Shown in pieces: positions 39,910 through 53,140 of a stretch of 64,000 nucleotides of DNA. Position 1 is the stretch's first letter. Every line of letters begins with the position of its first letter. The DNA lies in NCBI GenBank assembly GCA_028023455.1, contig JAQFVV010000007.1, positions 10,168,001-10,232,000 of the forward strand. The letters are read 5' to 3'. Source of the DNA: Epiperipatus broadwayi. Its lineage: Eukaryota > Animalia > Onychophora. The translations under genes and the position numbers were made by a program. The notes under the pieces are model-generated. The model did no database searches, had not been told where the DNA came from, and saw only the letters and a list, made by a program, of their open reading frames with translations.

Positions 39910-40260
39910 ATAATTTCTAATGCTATAAAAGTTTATTTTGTGTTGCAGAATGTCTGCTTGTGCTCCGATATGTAGATATGTAATTATTGGGTTTAGATCT
40001 TAGCCAACTATAAATATGATATTTCAGAGATAATATTTTTTATCACCTGTAACTATACAATATTTTTTTTTTGTATAAATAATTTATAATGCTGTAGAAT
40101 AAAGATTCGTTTTTTGTTGTAGAATGTCTGTTTCTGATCCAGTACATATATAATTCCAAATGTGTAGAACTTAGCCAATTGTAATTTTATAGGAAAGTAT
40201 TATTTTCTATCAGTTGTATTATAAATATTATATATATTGTAAATAATGATTATAATAAAA
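39910..40260 (+). repeat. Tandem duplication, unit about 173 bp
   Basis: TGTTG(C/T)AGAATGTCTG...CTTAGCCAA at about 39940 and 40115. Confidence 0.7.
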
Positions 40261-40569
40261 ATATCAAATTTATTTCATTGCCATATCTTACTGTAAGCAG
40301 TATTTCACATGTCTGCTTTGTATGGACATGTATCATATATTTGTGTCGTGTACATGTACATCAATTATATTATATTTTTTTTTTGCAATTTATGGTATTT
40401 TTTTCTACTTTCATTAATATTTTATATAGCACTGAATTGGATTTTTTTTCCTGTTTAGTTATTTTTATGTGTCCAAATATTATATACATACACCCTGAAA
40501 AAACTTTTTAGTCTTTCATCTTGTCACTTTTTCTCTTTGCTCTTTTATATTATATATTATTATTATTTG

Positions 40570-40750
40570 TTATATATAGAGCTTGCAAATAAGCTCTTAA
40601 CAAGCTTTGCAAAATATCCATAATCCCAGACTGGTTTCTGCTACTGGCTTCTTCAGTGAGGTGCTAGGATATTCAAGCATTAGATTGCTCTATATATAAC
40701 ATTTGTAATACAGGCTTGTTACATTAGATCATGTGACATATGCCTTGATT
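40570..40750. mobile_element. Family D fragment with minus-strand hammerhead
   Basis: Minus: CCTCA-CTGAAGA(40656-40650)-AGC-CAGTA-GCA-GAAA-CCAG-TC-TGGGA. The adjacent TAACATTTGTAATACAGGC..ATGTGAC matches the 59140-59210 region. Confidence 0.75.
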
Positions 40751-42390
40751 TCTTTGTAATATTATTATTTGCAATTATTTTATAATTAATTTCATTTTTA
40801 TAATAAATTTCAATTAATTGAGGTTGTGTTTGCATAATATCTGATATACAATATTTATTGTGAATTTTTTTTTTACCTTAGAAAGAAGCATATATGCAAA
40901 AGATAACTGCATGAAAGGACAAAATCTGGGTCAGCTAGCAAAAATGAAACTCTTCAGTGTGTCTTATTTTTAATGCTTTGCAATTAAGAATTATCTTAGG
41001 TAAGTCATGTTATATATCTTTTTTAAAAAAAAATCATAAGGAATCTGATTAAGCTGTTTAGAAAAGTGTCAGATTAAAATTTGACTCTCAAAATTTAGAA
41101 TTTGTGAACTTATAACAAAATAAGCATTTATAAAAGTGTTAAAAAATAATTTTTCTAATATTTTTTAAGGGTAATAGCTACATTTTCTCAGAATTATGAC
41201 ATTCCATAGTATTTGCTTCTTTTAACCACATACAGAACTTCACATTTAGTGCATTAATTTTGAAAATATTGTATAAATTGTATTTTAATCCAATTGCGTA
41301 AAATTCAAAATGGTGTCCATTCAGTTTCAAAAGGTTTAAAATAAAACCAAATGCAATCATTTTTAGTTTTATTGTTTATATATATATCTGTGATATTGTT
41401 TATGATACATCATTATATTTACATATCAGTTTTTAAATATTTAAAATGGTTAAATGTAATTTTTTAGAATATTATTCACTTACAAAATTAAATTACAAGA
41501 AAATCACATCCAATTTATTGAGTTTTAGTATAAAATAACATTTTTTATAAAAAAAGAAATGTTAAGTATTTCTGAAAACTCTTAACAGATGGGGCAAAAG
41601 TGTCAGAATGCAAAGAGAGTTAACATAATTTTATTTACTACAATTTTTTCTATTACATTCATTGCTGTGTTTAATAGACCATTTTTTATAAACATCTTAT
41701 AATTTCAAAATATACATTTTTTAAAACTTAGCTCAGGCATTGACAATAGCCAGGCCTTACCTCTTACATATTTGAATAATAAAGCTCTAATATAAATAGT
41801 TCTATTCAGAAAAGATACTGCTCCAGCAGTTTACCTTCATATCTCTGACAGTATAAAACTGTGATAGAAAACTTATCCCTTTTTTTAAAAAAAAAATGTT
41901 ATTTATGTTAATTATGAAGATTGGGCTGAATAAAATATTTAATTTATGTAGACACCTTATTGATCAAGATTTGTAAATTAAAATTTCTGATATGCCTTTG
42001 AATATATTAATCCTAGGATGTTGGGCTTATTTAATACTCAGTCTTCATGTAAATATTCTCTTTATAGGCAAAAGGATAATAATTATCCCACTATGGGACA
42101 AAGGTTTCTTAAAATGTACTTCATAGTGAAATAAAAAGAGAATACAGATTTTTTTTTATTAGTTGGTGAGGATTTGAAAAGTTTTCTTTGTTTTACTTTC
42201 TAGATAAAAATAACTATATATCTATTTCACAATCAATAATTAGTTAGTTCAGTTATGGTATAACTATCTGACAAAAAATATTTTAAAAAATGCACATCTT
42301 GGCTTTCACTAAATGTCCAGGTCATAAATATGGTAGATAGGTATACTAAGTAGATTAACATGTTCTGATTTAATAACTGCAAAATTATAT

Positions 42391-42616
42391 ATATTGCTTA
42401 CAATAACTCCCTTCATATACACTTTGATGCAAAATTTTTTTTAATGATTCCTTTACTTTCCTGACAGTTTTGAATGTCCTGCAATCTTCATCAGATAGAA
42501 GAGATTAAAATCACTCTGATGAAGACTGCAGGATCATCGAAACTGTCAGAAAAATAAAGGAATCATTAAAAAGATTGCATTAAAGTGTATATGAAAGGAG
42601 TTATTATAAGCAATAT
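42391..42616. mobile_element. Family F head-to-head inverted dimer with hammerheads
   Basis: Plus: CT-CTGATGA(42516)-A-GA-CTGCAGGATCA-TC-GAAA-CTG-TC-AG. The minus copy (42488-42494) has TC-AAAA. Arms of about 100 bp are complementary. Confidence 0.85.
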
Positions 42617-43384
42617 TTATGAATATATGAAGAAATACAAAGAAAGTAAAAGGAGAAAAATAAGAATATAATCACAAAAACACTGACTTTGAGATGTTTT
42701 GGGAATTCTGATGACACTGATTCACTTTATGCTTTTCTGTGCTATTTTGTGATTATCTGCAATGTTTGATTACCATGTGTAATTTTTTTTTGTAGAAATC
42801 ATTATTAAAATTATTAATTAAAACAAATTTGAAGATATCGTCATCATAAGGATCTTTAGAAAATTAGATTAGTAATCTGTATATAAAAGAAGCTGGCAGA
42901 TGTCACATTTTGATGTCAGTACAAATATCACTTTCTGATTGGTGGATTGTTTGACTAGGCAATTTCAGAATATGTCTTTTTGAAATTTTTTTTGCAAATT
43001 TTAGTAATTTGTTTACATATTTAAGCTTATTATGCAATATATTTGCAAAATATTTATTTTAAACCAATCCCCCCCCCCTACATATCTACAATTAGATTTT
43101 ATTAGAAAATACTTGTTTTTAAAATGACAAGTCGTAAAAAATCAGCTATGCTTAAAACAGAAGCAGTTCTTACTGGCTAATAAAAATAGCTTTTAAAACA
43201 CCAATAAAGAAATTTCTTTAAAAATTTTAACAATAATAAATTTAACTTTGAATTTTAAGACATATTTATATTTTAACAATGTCTAAACTAAAATTCATTT
43301 CTATTTTAAAAATAGAATTCAAATATGAAATATTTCATCCTATAATCTCTATAAAAGGACACCATACATCTAAAAATTATTATA

Positions 43385-43560
43385 TTTGTATTCATATATT
43401 GGATTATTTCCACCATCTAATATTTACTATTGTATATTTTTAGAATAATTTAATTTTATTTAAATATTCCAATTACATTCAGCAGTTAGTAATAGCACCC
43501 AGGTCAGTATATGCATACTATTTCAAGAGATATTATTCTCCTCTCTTCTTCAGATCTTTC
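43385..43560 (-). mobile_element. Family E, 5'-truncated copy beginning at the hammerhead
   Basis: Minus: CTGAAGA(43553-43547)-A-GAGAG-GAGAATAATAT-CTCTT-GAAA-TAG-TA-TGCATATACTGACC, then the family E 3' body; tRNA head absent. Confidence 0.8.
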
Positions 43561-45556
43561 AAATAAGAAGTCAGGAATTGGATTCTGAATAAGTTAAGGC
43601 TTCTTTAGAAATCCTCTTTAGAGAGGTGATGAAAATGGACCTTAATCATAGGGTCAAGTAATTATCAGTTGCTGAAATTTTTTTATCATTTTCATATTTT
43701 GTTTTAAGATCTAACAAAATTAGCAAAATATCTCTTTACTAAAAAGTGATTAGATGGTAGGCTATCTTGGCCATGATCCAGTTACCTGCAGCTTGGAAAT
43801 CTTATATATGTAATTTAATATTTTTTTAACAGATTTAATTGTTCAAATATTTTTAAATATGCCAAAATTTCTGTTATTTTTATTTTAGAAAAATCATAGT
43901 CACATGTTAATACACAGTGGCCAATGAATTTTTTTACTGTAAATGCTTTTTGCATTCAAAAGAGGATTCATTTCTAAATGCAGCTGTGGTTCTTATATAG
44001 AGACGAGTGTTATAATAAATATATACATGTTAAAAGAAACAAAACACAATTTTTCCTACTTTTCTTATTTTACATTTATCTGTGATTTTTTAAAAATAAA
44101 AATAAGAGATATTTTCATATATTTACAAATATTTCAACTATATATATATATATATACAAATATTTCAACTATATATATATATATATATAAAGTCTTAAGC
44201 CTCAGTCAAAGATAAGTTCTTCAAAATTTTCTGTTTTCTGTCTCTGTTATTAAGCCCTCACAACAACAACACTTTTTTATACTGTAATTATTTACTGTAT
44301 TTCACAATGTTTTTTTCATCTTTTATTTGTCTCTTGCTTGCATGAATTCTTTCACCCTTTTAAAAAGTTTAATACATATTTACTATTGAACCTTAATCAG
44401 CAGTAATTATTAAAAATTTATTGGGTATATCTATGTAGAATAAAAGACTTTATCTCATTTTAATCAGCTTAAAATAAACTTATAAGGAATCTTTAAAGTT
44501 TTAGAAAACTAATTATTCAGTTATGATGTTTAACTAAAAGTATGAGGTTATCATTAAGTGCCTTATCTAATTTGAATTATTTTAGACATTTCAATAACAG
44601 TTTGATCCAATGTAAAATACACTTGAATGTCAGCACATTGTTTCTATTATGTGTTTATGAAATACACAGTCACTTTTCACATCATAATTAAATTTTTCTG
44701 ATGAATAATTAAACCACATTGCTACATAAAAAGTGTATTAATTCAGAGAAAACATTGGAAAGCCTTGAAGAGAGTATCAGTCATGATCATTAATAAAGTT
44801 GAATAGATAAGATGACAATATTCTGTTTTGTGTAACTTGTTTGGTGATATTTTGCAGTGCCACTAAAGTAAAATTAATTTTATTAGCTGTACTTATTTAA
44901 ACAATTAATAACTTTGCAAAAATTCATTAATCTTTGATTAACCATTTATATTTGGTTGTAGAGTTTTTAATCACATAAGAAAACCAAAATTCATTGAATT
45001 AATTTGGTCCCTATCTAAAATTAAACAACACAGAACAAGATGCATATAATAAAAATGGCATAAATCAAAATTTAAACATGTAAGCAGAGTAGATGAACTT
45101 TTTTTTGAAGTACAAATTACCAAGGCTTATTTTTGTCTTGTAATAAAATAATTTAATTTGTTAATGCAATGTTCAAAAAGGATGTAAATCTTACCATTAA
45201 CAAGAGTTATGTGATCACACGTACTATAGAAGAAACTAACTAGTAGTGATTCTGAAGTTCATTGATCCACCAGAAGCCAATTGTTATATAGTTATGCCTA
45301 TAATAATAATTTAATAGAGTGCAGCAGTATTGCAAGTGGGGGAAGGAGAGGATAGGAAATATGTGCCAAAATATTTAATCCTTTAACAGGTTAAGATTTT
45401 ATTTGTTCTCCCTGGTGGCAATTTTTATAAATGTTCATTTGATTTTAATATTTAAATCAATATATTATATTAAAATTCAGTAAATTGAACTTCATTTGCA
45501 TGAAATTTAAAATACAAAATGAAAAACATCTTTAAAAACAATATGTTTGACCTTTA

Positions 45557-45792
45557 TTATTATAAAGAAGGAACAAACCTCCAGTCATGCACTTTCATGA
45601 ATTTACATGCACTTTCCCATGAGCATTAGCTTGAAAAGCATAAGTGTGGCTTATGCTTAGAGCTTATCTCTATATAAGCCAACTGTTGTTCACCATGCTG
45701 AAATCAGGGCTTTTCAAATGGGGCTCATGGGTGAGTGCATGCAAATTCATAAAAGAGCATGACTGGAGGTTTGTTTCTTCTTTATAATATTA
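45557..45792. repeat. Foldback element; its central part recurs inverted at 45940-46035
   Basis: AAAGAAGGAACAAACCTCCAGTCATGC...GCATGACTGGAGGTTTGTTTCTTCTTT. Confidence 0.8.
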
Positions 45793-46049
45793 TATATGCA
45801 GTCTGCCCTATATAAATAATAGATTATTTATTACAGTAAATCCAAAATTTACTATGTATTTTATTGCAGGTGATTAAAGATGAGATTCTCTCTCCTGCTA
45901 CAGAATAGGTTTGTACAATTAATTACCAAATTATAACTCAGGCACACAATAGGTTGAAGTCCTGTCTTCAGCACATTGAACAAATGTTGGCTTATATATA
46001 GATATGCTCTAACTATAAGCTATACTTATGTTTTTCAAACCTATGTCCA

Positions 46050-46390
46050 CAGGTGAGTGCTACTCATCCAATATCCCCAGATTAGTTTCTAGCTTATGGA
46101 TTTCATCAGTGAGGAGCTTTGTATCTGAGAGCACTGCACCTAGATCTTAGGATCTAATGCAACCTACAACAGCCACCTTTTATCTCGACTTAATTACAAA
46201 ACTACGAGTCTAAAATTGAAAACATAATATTTTCAATTCAAGCTCATTAGCTTGCATAGTCATACAGGTCAGAGCACAGTTCTATACCCATACATTTTGG
46301 TGTCTTTGGTTCTTTAATAACCATAGCCATCACTATCCTATTAGGCAGGATTGGTATTAAACCACTAATCATCATGTGATCATGTGATAT
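46050..46390 (-). mobile_element. Family B copy, segment upstream of and including the hammerhead
   Basis: Minus: CTCCTCA-CTGATGA(46109-46103)-AATCCATAAGCTA-GAAA-CTAA-TC-TGGGGA; 46110-46370 is the reverse complement of 57290-57535. Confidence 0.85.
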
Positions 46391-46899
46391 TTGAAAGCCA
46401 ACTTAGCTGTAAAAATAAAAACATCTTTTGTTGATTGAAATTTTTATTTAAAACTGTGAATGAAAAAATGTGAAGACATTGTATTGCATTTATAATTTTT
46501 AAAATATTATTTTCTGCTGAAAATTATAACTGAATATGTTGACTTATATTTTTTAAAATAAAACACATTCCACAAAAATCATTATAATGATGTATATTTT
46601 TGTTTTTAAATAATTTTTACTGCATAACTTTATTAAGCATTATGATTATGGTAGTGTTTTTGCTGAAAGCTGGCTCAGAACAATTAATTTATGTTTATTA
46701 ATTCATATCTTTTTACTTGAACTCTAAGTTAACAAGTGTTTTAGAATTGTACAAATACTTTGTAAAAATAGTCTTTCATTGTGAAAAATGTTCACTTTTT
46801 TGCTTGTCACTATTAACAATAGGTGTGTAAAATTACCATCACCACTTCTCCCTATTAACTAACAACATCATAGGCTTGGTTCATGTTTTTTAATTTTCT

Positions 46900-49150
46900 T
46901 TAGACTATAAATGTACATAGACTTGTGCTTTCATCAGACTTTTTTAAACAAATTAATCAATAAAGTTTCTCCCATCAAAATGAATGTAAAACAGGCAAAG
47001 TAGAACTACAGATAACTACAGGAAAGAGAAGGAAAGTCAAATAAACAAAACCATCTGAAAATAAAAGCCTTCTGGTGATTAAATGGAAAACTAATGAAAT
47101 TTGAAAGCATAAAAGTAATATAATGGGTTTTAATATATTCCAAACAAAACACAATCAGACTTTGCTTTATTAACATCTTCAATAATTCATTCTATTTATT
47201 TAGAGCCATTTATTGTAAACTTGAGATAATCAATGCAGATTCGATCCTAATGGTACATTCGTTGATTATTCAATCTTGCAATAGGTGGCTCTGGAATAAA
47301 TAAAGATTTATTCTTTCCAATGCTGAACTTTAATATAATGCATTACATGTCAAATAGATAATTCATTCAAATCATATGTAAGATAAATAGCAATAAAAAT
47401 AAATAAATTTTTATTATAAAACTGAATTATTAGTATGATATAGAAACTGACTTATTATTTAGATTTTTGTTATACAGGAAAGTGTTTGTGAAATGGTAAA
47501 TGATTCTTTCCAATAGGCCTGCAGCACCATCTATGAATTTATGCATTATGTAGTATAACGGTCAGATAGAATAGAGTCTTATTGTATCTGCACTACAGGG
47601 CACCACCATGTTATTTGAACCTAGAAAATTTATATAGTAGGCAGATACGTAAGTTAAGTTCACATTTTGCATGTTTTATTCAGGCCGTCAGCCCATGCCA
47701 CTAGCTCAGTGAGACACAGAGATTTATAAAATATAAATTCTTGAAATATTTTTCAATATTAAATAAAAAATAAAAAAAGCCACTGCCAGTAATAACACAC
47801 ACAAACATTTATTAAACATATATGTAATTTAGAATTATTATTTTAGTCTAACTTTTACTTTAACATTTAATTTACATTTTGACTTTTGTTTTTGAAGTTC
47901 GCACAGAAGAATTTAATATTTTTATTAAAGTGTCGAGTATGAATAGACTACATAGATTGCATTTGATAAGAAAATATTCTATCCCTTATTTACCCTTAGG
48001 CCAAAAGTTTGCAGTTAAACTAACGTCAATCTATCTGATACATCGATGTATTCAATGCAGCATGAATATGACAGCACAAATACCATACTGTCAGGAATGT
48101 ACATCTGAACAGCATGGTTATAGAAGACATTGACTCTCATCCAGTACATGAATACTACATCTGTCTGGCGAGAAGAACAATAAAAAAACCTCATAGGAAG
48201 GAACTGCATTTTTGTCTTACTATCCCATTCCATAGGCAAAAAGGGGTGTGCGGCATATAATAGGATCCTGCATGTAGCGAATCTCATGCTATATTTGCTA
48301 ATTATAACAATATATCCAATACATTGACCCAATTTAACTATGAAACAAATAACCTAAGATTTACCCTCCCTTAATTAAACTAATATAACTTTACAAATCT
48401 ATGCAGCCATTCATGCCCGACTTAAGTTTAGCATTTATTAAGTTTAGTTTAACGAAAAAACAAAAATCATAATAAAACTTAAAAGAACAGAAAAAAAAAA
48501 AATGGAAATGATTTAAAAAAAAAAAAACATCAAATAAAATTAATTATTAATAATTTACGTTGGTCAGATAGGATTCTATTTCTATTAAATAGGGAACAAG
48601 TTTTAGAATTAAAGTTCTTATTCTTATCAAATACTGGAATTTTAGAATCTCATACTTAAAGCTTATTAGAGTTCATAAAGTTCTTACATTTATAATCATA
48701 CTGGAAAAGTTTCTTTTTTTAGAAGTTTGCAATTTGGGATCCAGCATTAATTCCCCAAATGTCCTGTGGTCTGCAGCATAAGAAAATGATTGGTCATTTC
48801 TCTTTCTTTCTCTCTTTTTTTTATAGCAAAACTGAAAGGATTGAAGAGTGCATCTTTCCAATCCTTTCTCCTTCAACTCTAGCACACCTCTGCTTTCACA
48901 TCTCTGTCCTCTTCCCAGCTCTTTCTTCACTCACTAAAATTTATTTCCAAACTTTTTCTTTTATATTAGAATTTTGGATTCAGTGGACATTACATCATGA
49001 TGATGGTCTTTTCGTTGAGGTCAATTTCCCCGAGGGATTTCTTTCATTGGTCATTCTGTTCCCATTGTTTTTTCTCTCCTATCTCACCTTTAATTATATA
49101 ATTTGAAATGCCTAAAGGCTAGTTCACTTGGATTAATTAATAATCATTTC
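46900..49150 (-). mobile_element. Decayed Penelope-like element, paralogous to 60640-63450
   Basis: Colinear nucleotide similarity between 47560-49100 and 61500-63400; a YG-..RP-like RT motif near 48230; a hammerhead remnant CTGATGAAAGCACAAG on the minus strand at 46931-46937. Confidence 0.5.
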
Positions 49151-49469
49151 CATTTTATACAATAGCATTAATTAATTTATTGTATAAACTTAAAGATATA
49201 TTTTTATCTTTAAATCTTTACTGAAAATTTAGTTTTAAAATACTTTTTTTTTTTTTAATAAAGTTTTCTTTTAATAATTTTTCATCTGTGCGATTTTATA
49301 TATTAGAGTTTAGATGATTTTTAACTTTCAATTTTTAATTCTTAAAAAAGAAGTTTTTATTTGCGAACTTTTATTTTTCATGTCTAATTTTTAGAAAAAA
49401 TAATGTAACTGCGTATGTACACGTCACAGTAGGGACATAGTTTAGTTATTTATCATAAAAAGTTTAATG

Positions 49470-49819
49470 TTCTGGCTTGTCTGCATCATGAGTTATGATG
49501 TGAAATGTGACAGTGGATAGAATACAGTGGAGAGCTTTAATTAGACATAATGTTGGTGTGTTTTATAAATAAAAAAATTTTCTGAAGAAATTAAAAGACA
49601 GTAAAGTAAAAATATCAAGTCAACTGAAAAGTGAATCAGCATGTTCTATATGTGTATGTATTTGTGGTTCACAGATTGGTTTGTATAGTGATGATAAAAC
49701 TCATTTCTAGAATGTTTTTTTTCCATTTCTTTCCTTTCTTTTTTAAATATTTTGGTATTGAAATGACCATGCTCATTTACAGGTAGCTGTTGTTATTGTT
49801 ACTATTATTGTTGTTGTTG

Positions 49820-49889
<70 letters not shown>

Positions 49890-49893
49890 CATC
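49470..49893 (+). mobile_element. LINE (RTE-like) 3' end and UTR with (TGT)n(TAT)n tail; second copy at 53925-54200
   Basis: TVDRIQWRA-like ORF end; CAGCATGTTCTATATGTG..ATAAAACTCATTTCTA shared by both copies; trinucleotide tail at 49803-49893. Confidence 0.6.
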
Positions 49894-50819
49894 ACATGGA
49901 TCAACATGTATTTGCAAAGTTTATCAATACCTGATTTGATACGATACATATTGAAATTTTCTAACCAGATTTTATCTCACCTGTCTCAAAGAGAAGTTTA
50001 ACTGGTATGGGAATGAAAATTAAAGGTACTACCATTTGATAGAGTCATGTGACATTGGTAAAACACTGGTTGTTTAAGTTTCCTATAATAAAAAGTTTGT
50101 TGTTATTAATTAAATATTGTTGAGCATAATTCAATGACTATCAGATAATAGTAGTGTGTCCTGCATGGTTAAAATACATGATTCTGGAGCATAAGATGGG
50201 ATCAGTTTCAGGGCTGATGCTTCTAGAACTCAGAATTCTTGAGAACTTCAGAACAATAAAGCCAGCAGATTATGACAATAATATATATTGCTTTTAAATA
50301 CTCACTCTCAGACCAGTTTTTGGATTCTGCTTTCATTATATGATGCTGTGGATTTACAATTGGAAATAATGCAATTATATTGCACAAGGGGCAAGAATTG
50401 CCCATGCTTTATCAGCCATTATTTAAACTAAATAATTTGCTGTTATTAATAATATTTATAGGCAACTAGAAAAATATGCCTACAGTTAATAAAGAACTGA
50501 GGGTTTTAAAATACATAGTTACTGATCTAAAATCAGATCTAACTATTTAATCAAGTTGGCTTGAGTTCAAAGCCTTAGGATGTTTTAAAATTACAGATTT
50601 TTAGTTTGAACAGTAAATTGGAGTTAGGTTACTAGATGCATACTTGTATTACTTCCAGGTTTGAATCCAAAGCCTCATTGAGGAAAAGCAAAAGCCAGAA
50701 AACAATGTGGGAACAGGAATCATATCATTGTAAAAACACTAATTACTTATTTTTACTACAGATGGCGCTGAAGTGGAGAACTGCTCTAGTTTTTTTTTTT
50801 AATAAGTTTCAAACTTTGT

Positions 50820-51060
50820 TTTCAGTTCAGCATAACAATGAAACGCATTTAGAAGTTTTGTGTACGATTAAAAGAACAATTATGTCTATTATGAAGGATT
50901 TGAAATATTCTAATTGATATACCTTACCTGTTTTAATTTATGGATTTGAACAAGTTTTGGTCATAAAAATAAAACAGAGACTGCGTCAATATGAAAAGAA
51001 ATACGCTAAGGACGTTGAATTTGAACCTGAATCCAAATTATTATAAGTGATGCTGCTTAT
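50820..51060 (+). mobile_element. RTE-like RT fragment
   Basis: LPVLIYGFE..IKQRLRQYEKK resembles ILPVLTYGCETW...RL..FE. Confidence 0.55.
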
Positions 51061-51905
51061 ATATTCAAAAAACATAATGGAAAAAGTTTGAACATCTCTC
51101 TAGCAAAGAGGATAATCGATGAAATACATAATTTGAACTGGATATTTAAAAAAAAAAAGCGAGATATAATAGTTGATGAGATAAAAATCTAGATCATTAT
51201 AAATAAGATTTTCATATGTAAAGTAGTGGAGAGTTGTTTGTTCTAATACGTATATAAAGCAGTACTGATAAGGCTTATATTAAAACACAGACATAAGTTT
51301 GTGTAGAAATTTTAAATGATTTGTAATTGCGAGCGTTTAAAATAATATAAATGCTGTCATACATTTCACTTATTCGCCGAGTTAAAACTATTTATTAGGC
51401 AATTTAGAAAATCTAAAACGACCGGTTGCGTTATTGATTTAGAAGTTGAATTTCCACGTCTGTATAATTTTCATTTTTCAATTAATACTACTCAGCTTAT
51501 AATCCAAGCTTTTCAATGCATACATGAGTAACTTCGGAAAAAAGACAAAAAAATTAAAATATATATTTTGTTAGATTTGAAATCCCACGTGTGCTGTTAA
51601 AAAAAAGAGTGGAAGCATTGAGCCTATCTTGCATAGCATGCATGCTAGCAAAACAGTCTATCTGCATGAATCATGCTTGCAGCAAATCTGGTCATTCTAC
51701 CAAGTTCGTTTCTATTGTTATCAAGAAATGTCCAGTCACTGGAGATAATTGCATGGTTCAAGCCTGATTTTTAATGCGAGACCTTAGTTGTGATGTGTTG
51801 AATTTAATGAAAAGCAAAAAAAGGTTTTCAATTTTTATTTCTATTATTTTTTATACTCTCCTCCCCATTCTTTTTTACAAGAAATATTGATTGGATTATA
51901 TCTAT

Positions 51906-51937
<32 letters not shown>

Positions 51938-52639
51938 AACATAGAGAGGTAGAGAGAGATTAAGAAAGCCAGAGGGTCTCCAGGAGAAGAAGAAGAAGAA
52001 AGACAGAGGGCCTCATGATATGTTAGAATCATATCTGCTTACCACTCTCCCAGCCTGATTTTGAATTCAAGTTGGCTGAGCTTAAAAGAATATTTTATGT
52101 TCAAAATGGCTCAATATTTTTTCTTTCTATTAGTTAGTATATAGCCAACCTGACCCAGCTAATACTATTCTAATATTGGTCAGGAAAATAGATATATAAT
52201 TAGAGGATAATATTTTTAGCTCCCATCATATGACAATCAACAAGCCACTATAGTAACTAAAGTACCATGCTTCTTCCTTATTCTAATAAAAGATTGTTGG
52301 AGGATTGTGGAATTTTGCCATATGATATGTTCACTGCTGCATGCACCATATTGAATGTTTATAAATTTAAAAGATACAATAACTTTGTATGATGTTAGAA
52401 AGAAAATATTACTTTTAGCACAAAATGCAATAAAACTAAAAAAAGTATAATAATTATCATTTAAAAAATAAGAAAAATAAACAAATTTAAGAATTTTTAG
52501 TAAACTTTGATTGAAATACAAAATTGTACACATAGATCATATTGCATAAATAAATAATCAATCAAACAAGATTGAAATAAACAACTAAGACCTTCTCAAG
52601 ATATATTATAGAATTCACATAAACAAATAATAATATTTA

Positions 52640-52652
52640 CGCCATCTACTGG
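52640..52652 (-). promoter_or_regulatory. CTCF-like binding motif
   Basis: CCAGTAGATGGCG on the minus strand matches the CCASYAGRKGGCR consensus and keeps its CpG in a CpG-depleted background; motif match only. Confidence 0.45.
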
Positions 52653-52949
52653 ACATTATTTACATTATATTTCATTTTCTTTTTAAAACATGTCCATATA
52701 TTATAAATAAATAAATTTAACATATTATATTATTTCTGTTTATGACAACATTATGGACAAATAAATCATATTGGATATTTGACCATCATAGTGATCATAT
52801 TGCATATCATTCTTTTTCTGACTTCATTTCAAAACCATGACCCATCGCAAGAGAATCAATGGTTAGAAAAATATTTTTTTTTTCTTTAAAAATTATATTT
52901 GATTATGTGTAATTTATTTTCAAATATTCATTAAATAATAAATTATATA

Positions 52950-53140
52950 ATAACTGATTATATATATGTGTGGGAGATGATAATCTGGAACAACTGATGA
53001 GTGCTGGTTTAGCACGAAATACCGTTATTGGTGATTATTTATCTTTTCTACATGTGTGTGGTCATGTATATCATTTGTATGAGATAGTGTGAATAGTTGA
53101 AGGGTGCTTGAAAGTCTGAGTTCGAGTCCCTATATTTTTA
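52950..53140 (+). mobile_element. Family A monomer with the best-preserved hammerhead core and a 3' B-box
   Basis: CAA-CTGATGA(52994)-GTGCT-GGTTT-AGCAC-GAAA-TACCGT-TA-TTGGT: perfect 5-bp stem II with G10.1-C11.1; GAGTTCGAGTCC at 53118-53129. Confidence 0.9.
52989..53033 (+). ncRNA. Type-I minimal hammerhead ribozyme, predicted cleavage after A53027
   Basis: All core nucleotides present (CUGAUGA, GAAA, UH). Stem I AACAA/UUGGU has one mismatch; other copies read ACCAA. Confidence 0.8.

Noticed and set aside
40880-40999. Plus-strand coding exon with good splice signals
   Set aside because: Stops in all three frames; at most a non-coding exon, with no further support.
47879-48332. ORFs 47879-48133(+) and 48015-48332(-) as host genes (Cys-rich or COX1-like TDRN)
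   Set aside because: Frames are not conserved in the paralogous copy at about 62 kb, which is contiguous with PLE RT and endonuclease motifs.
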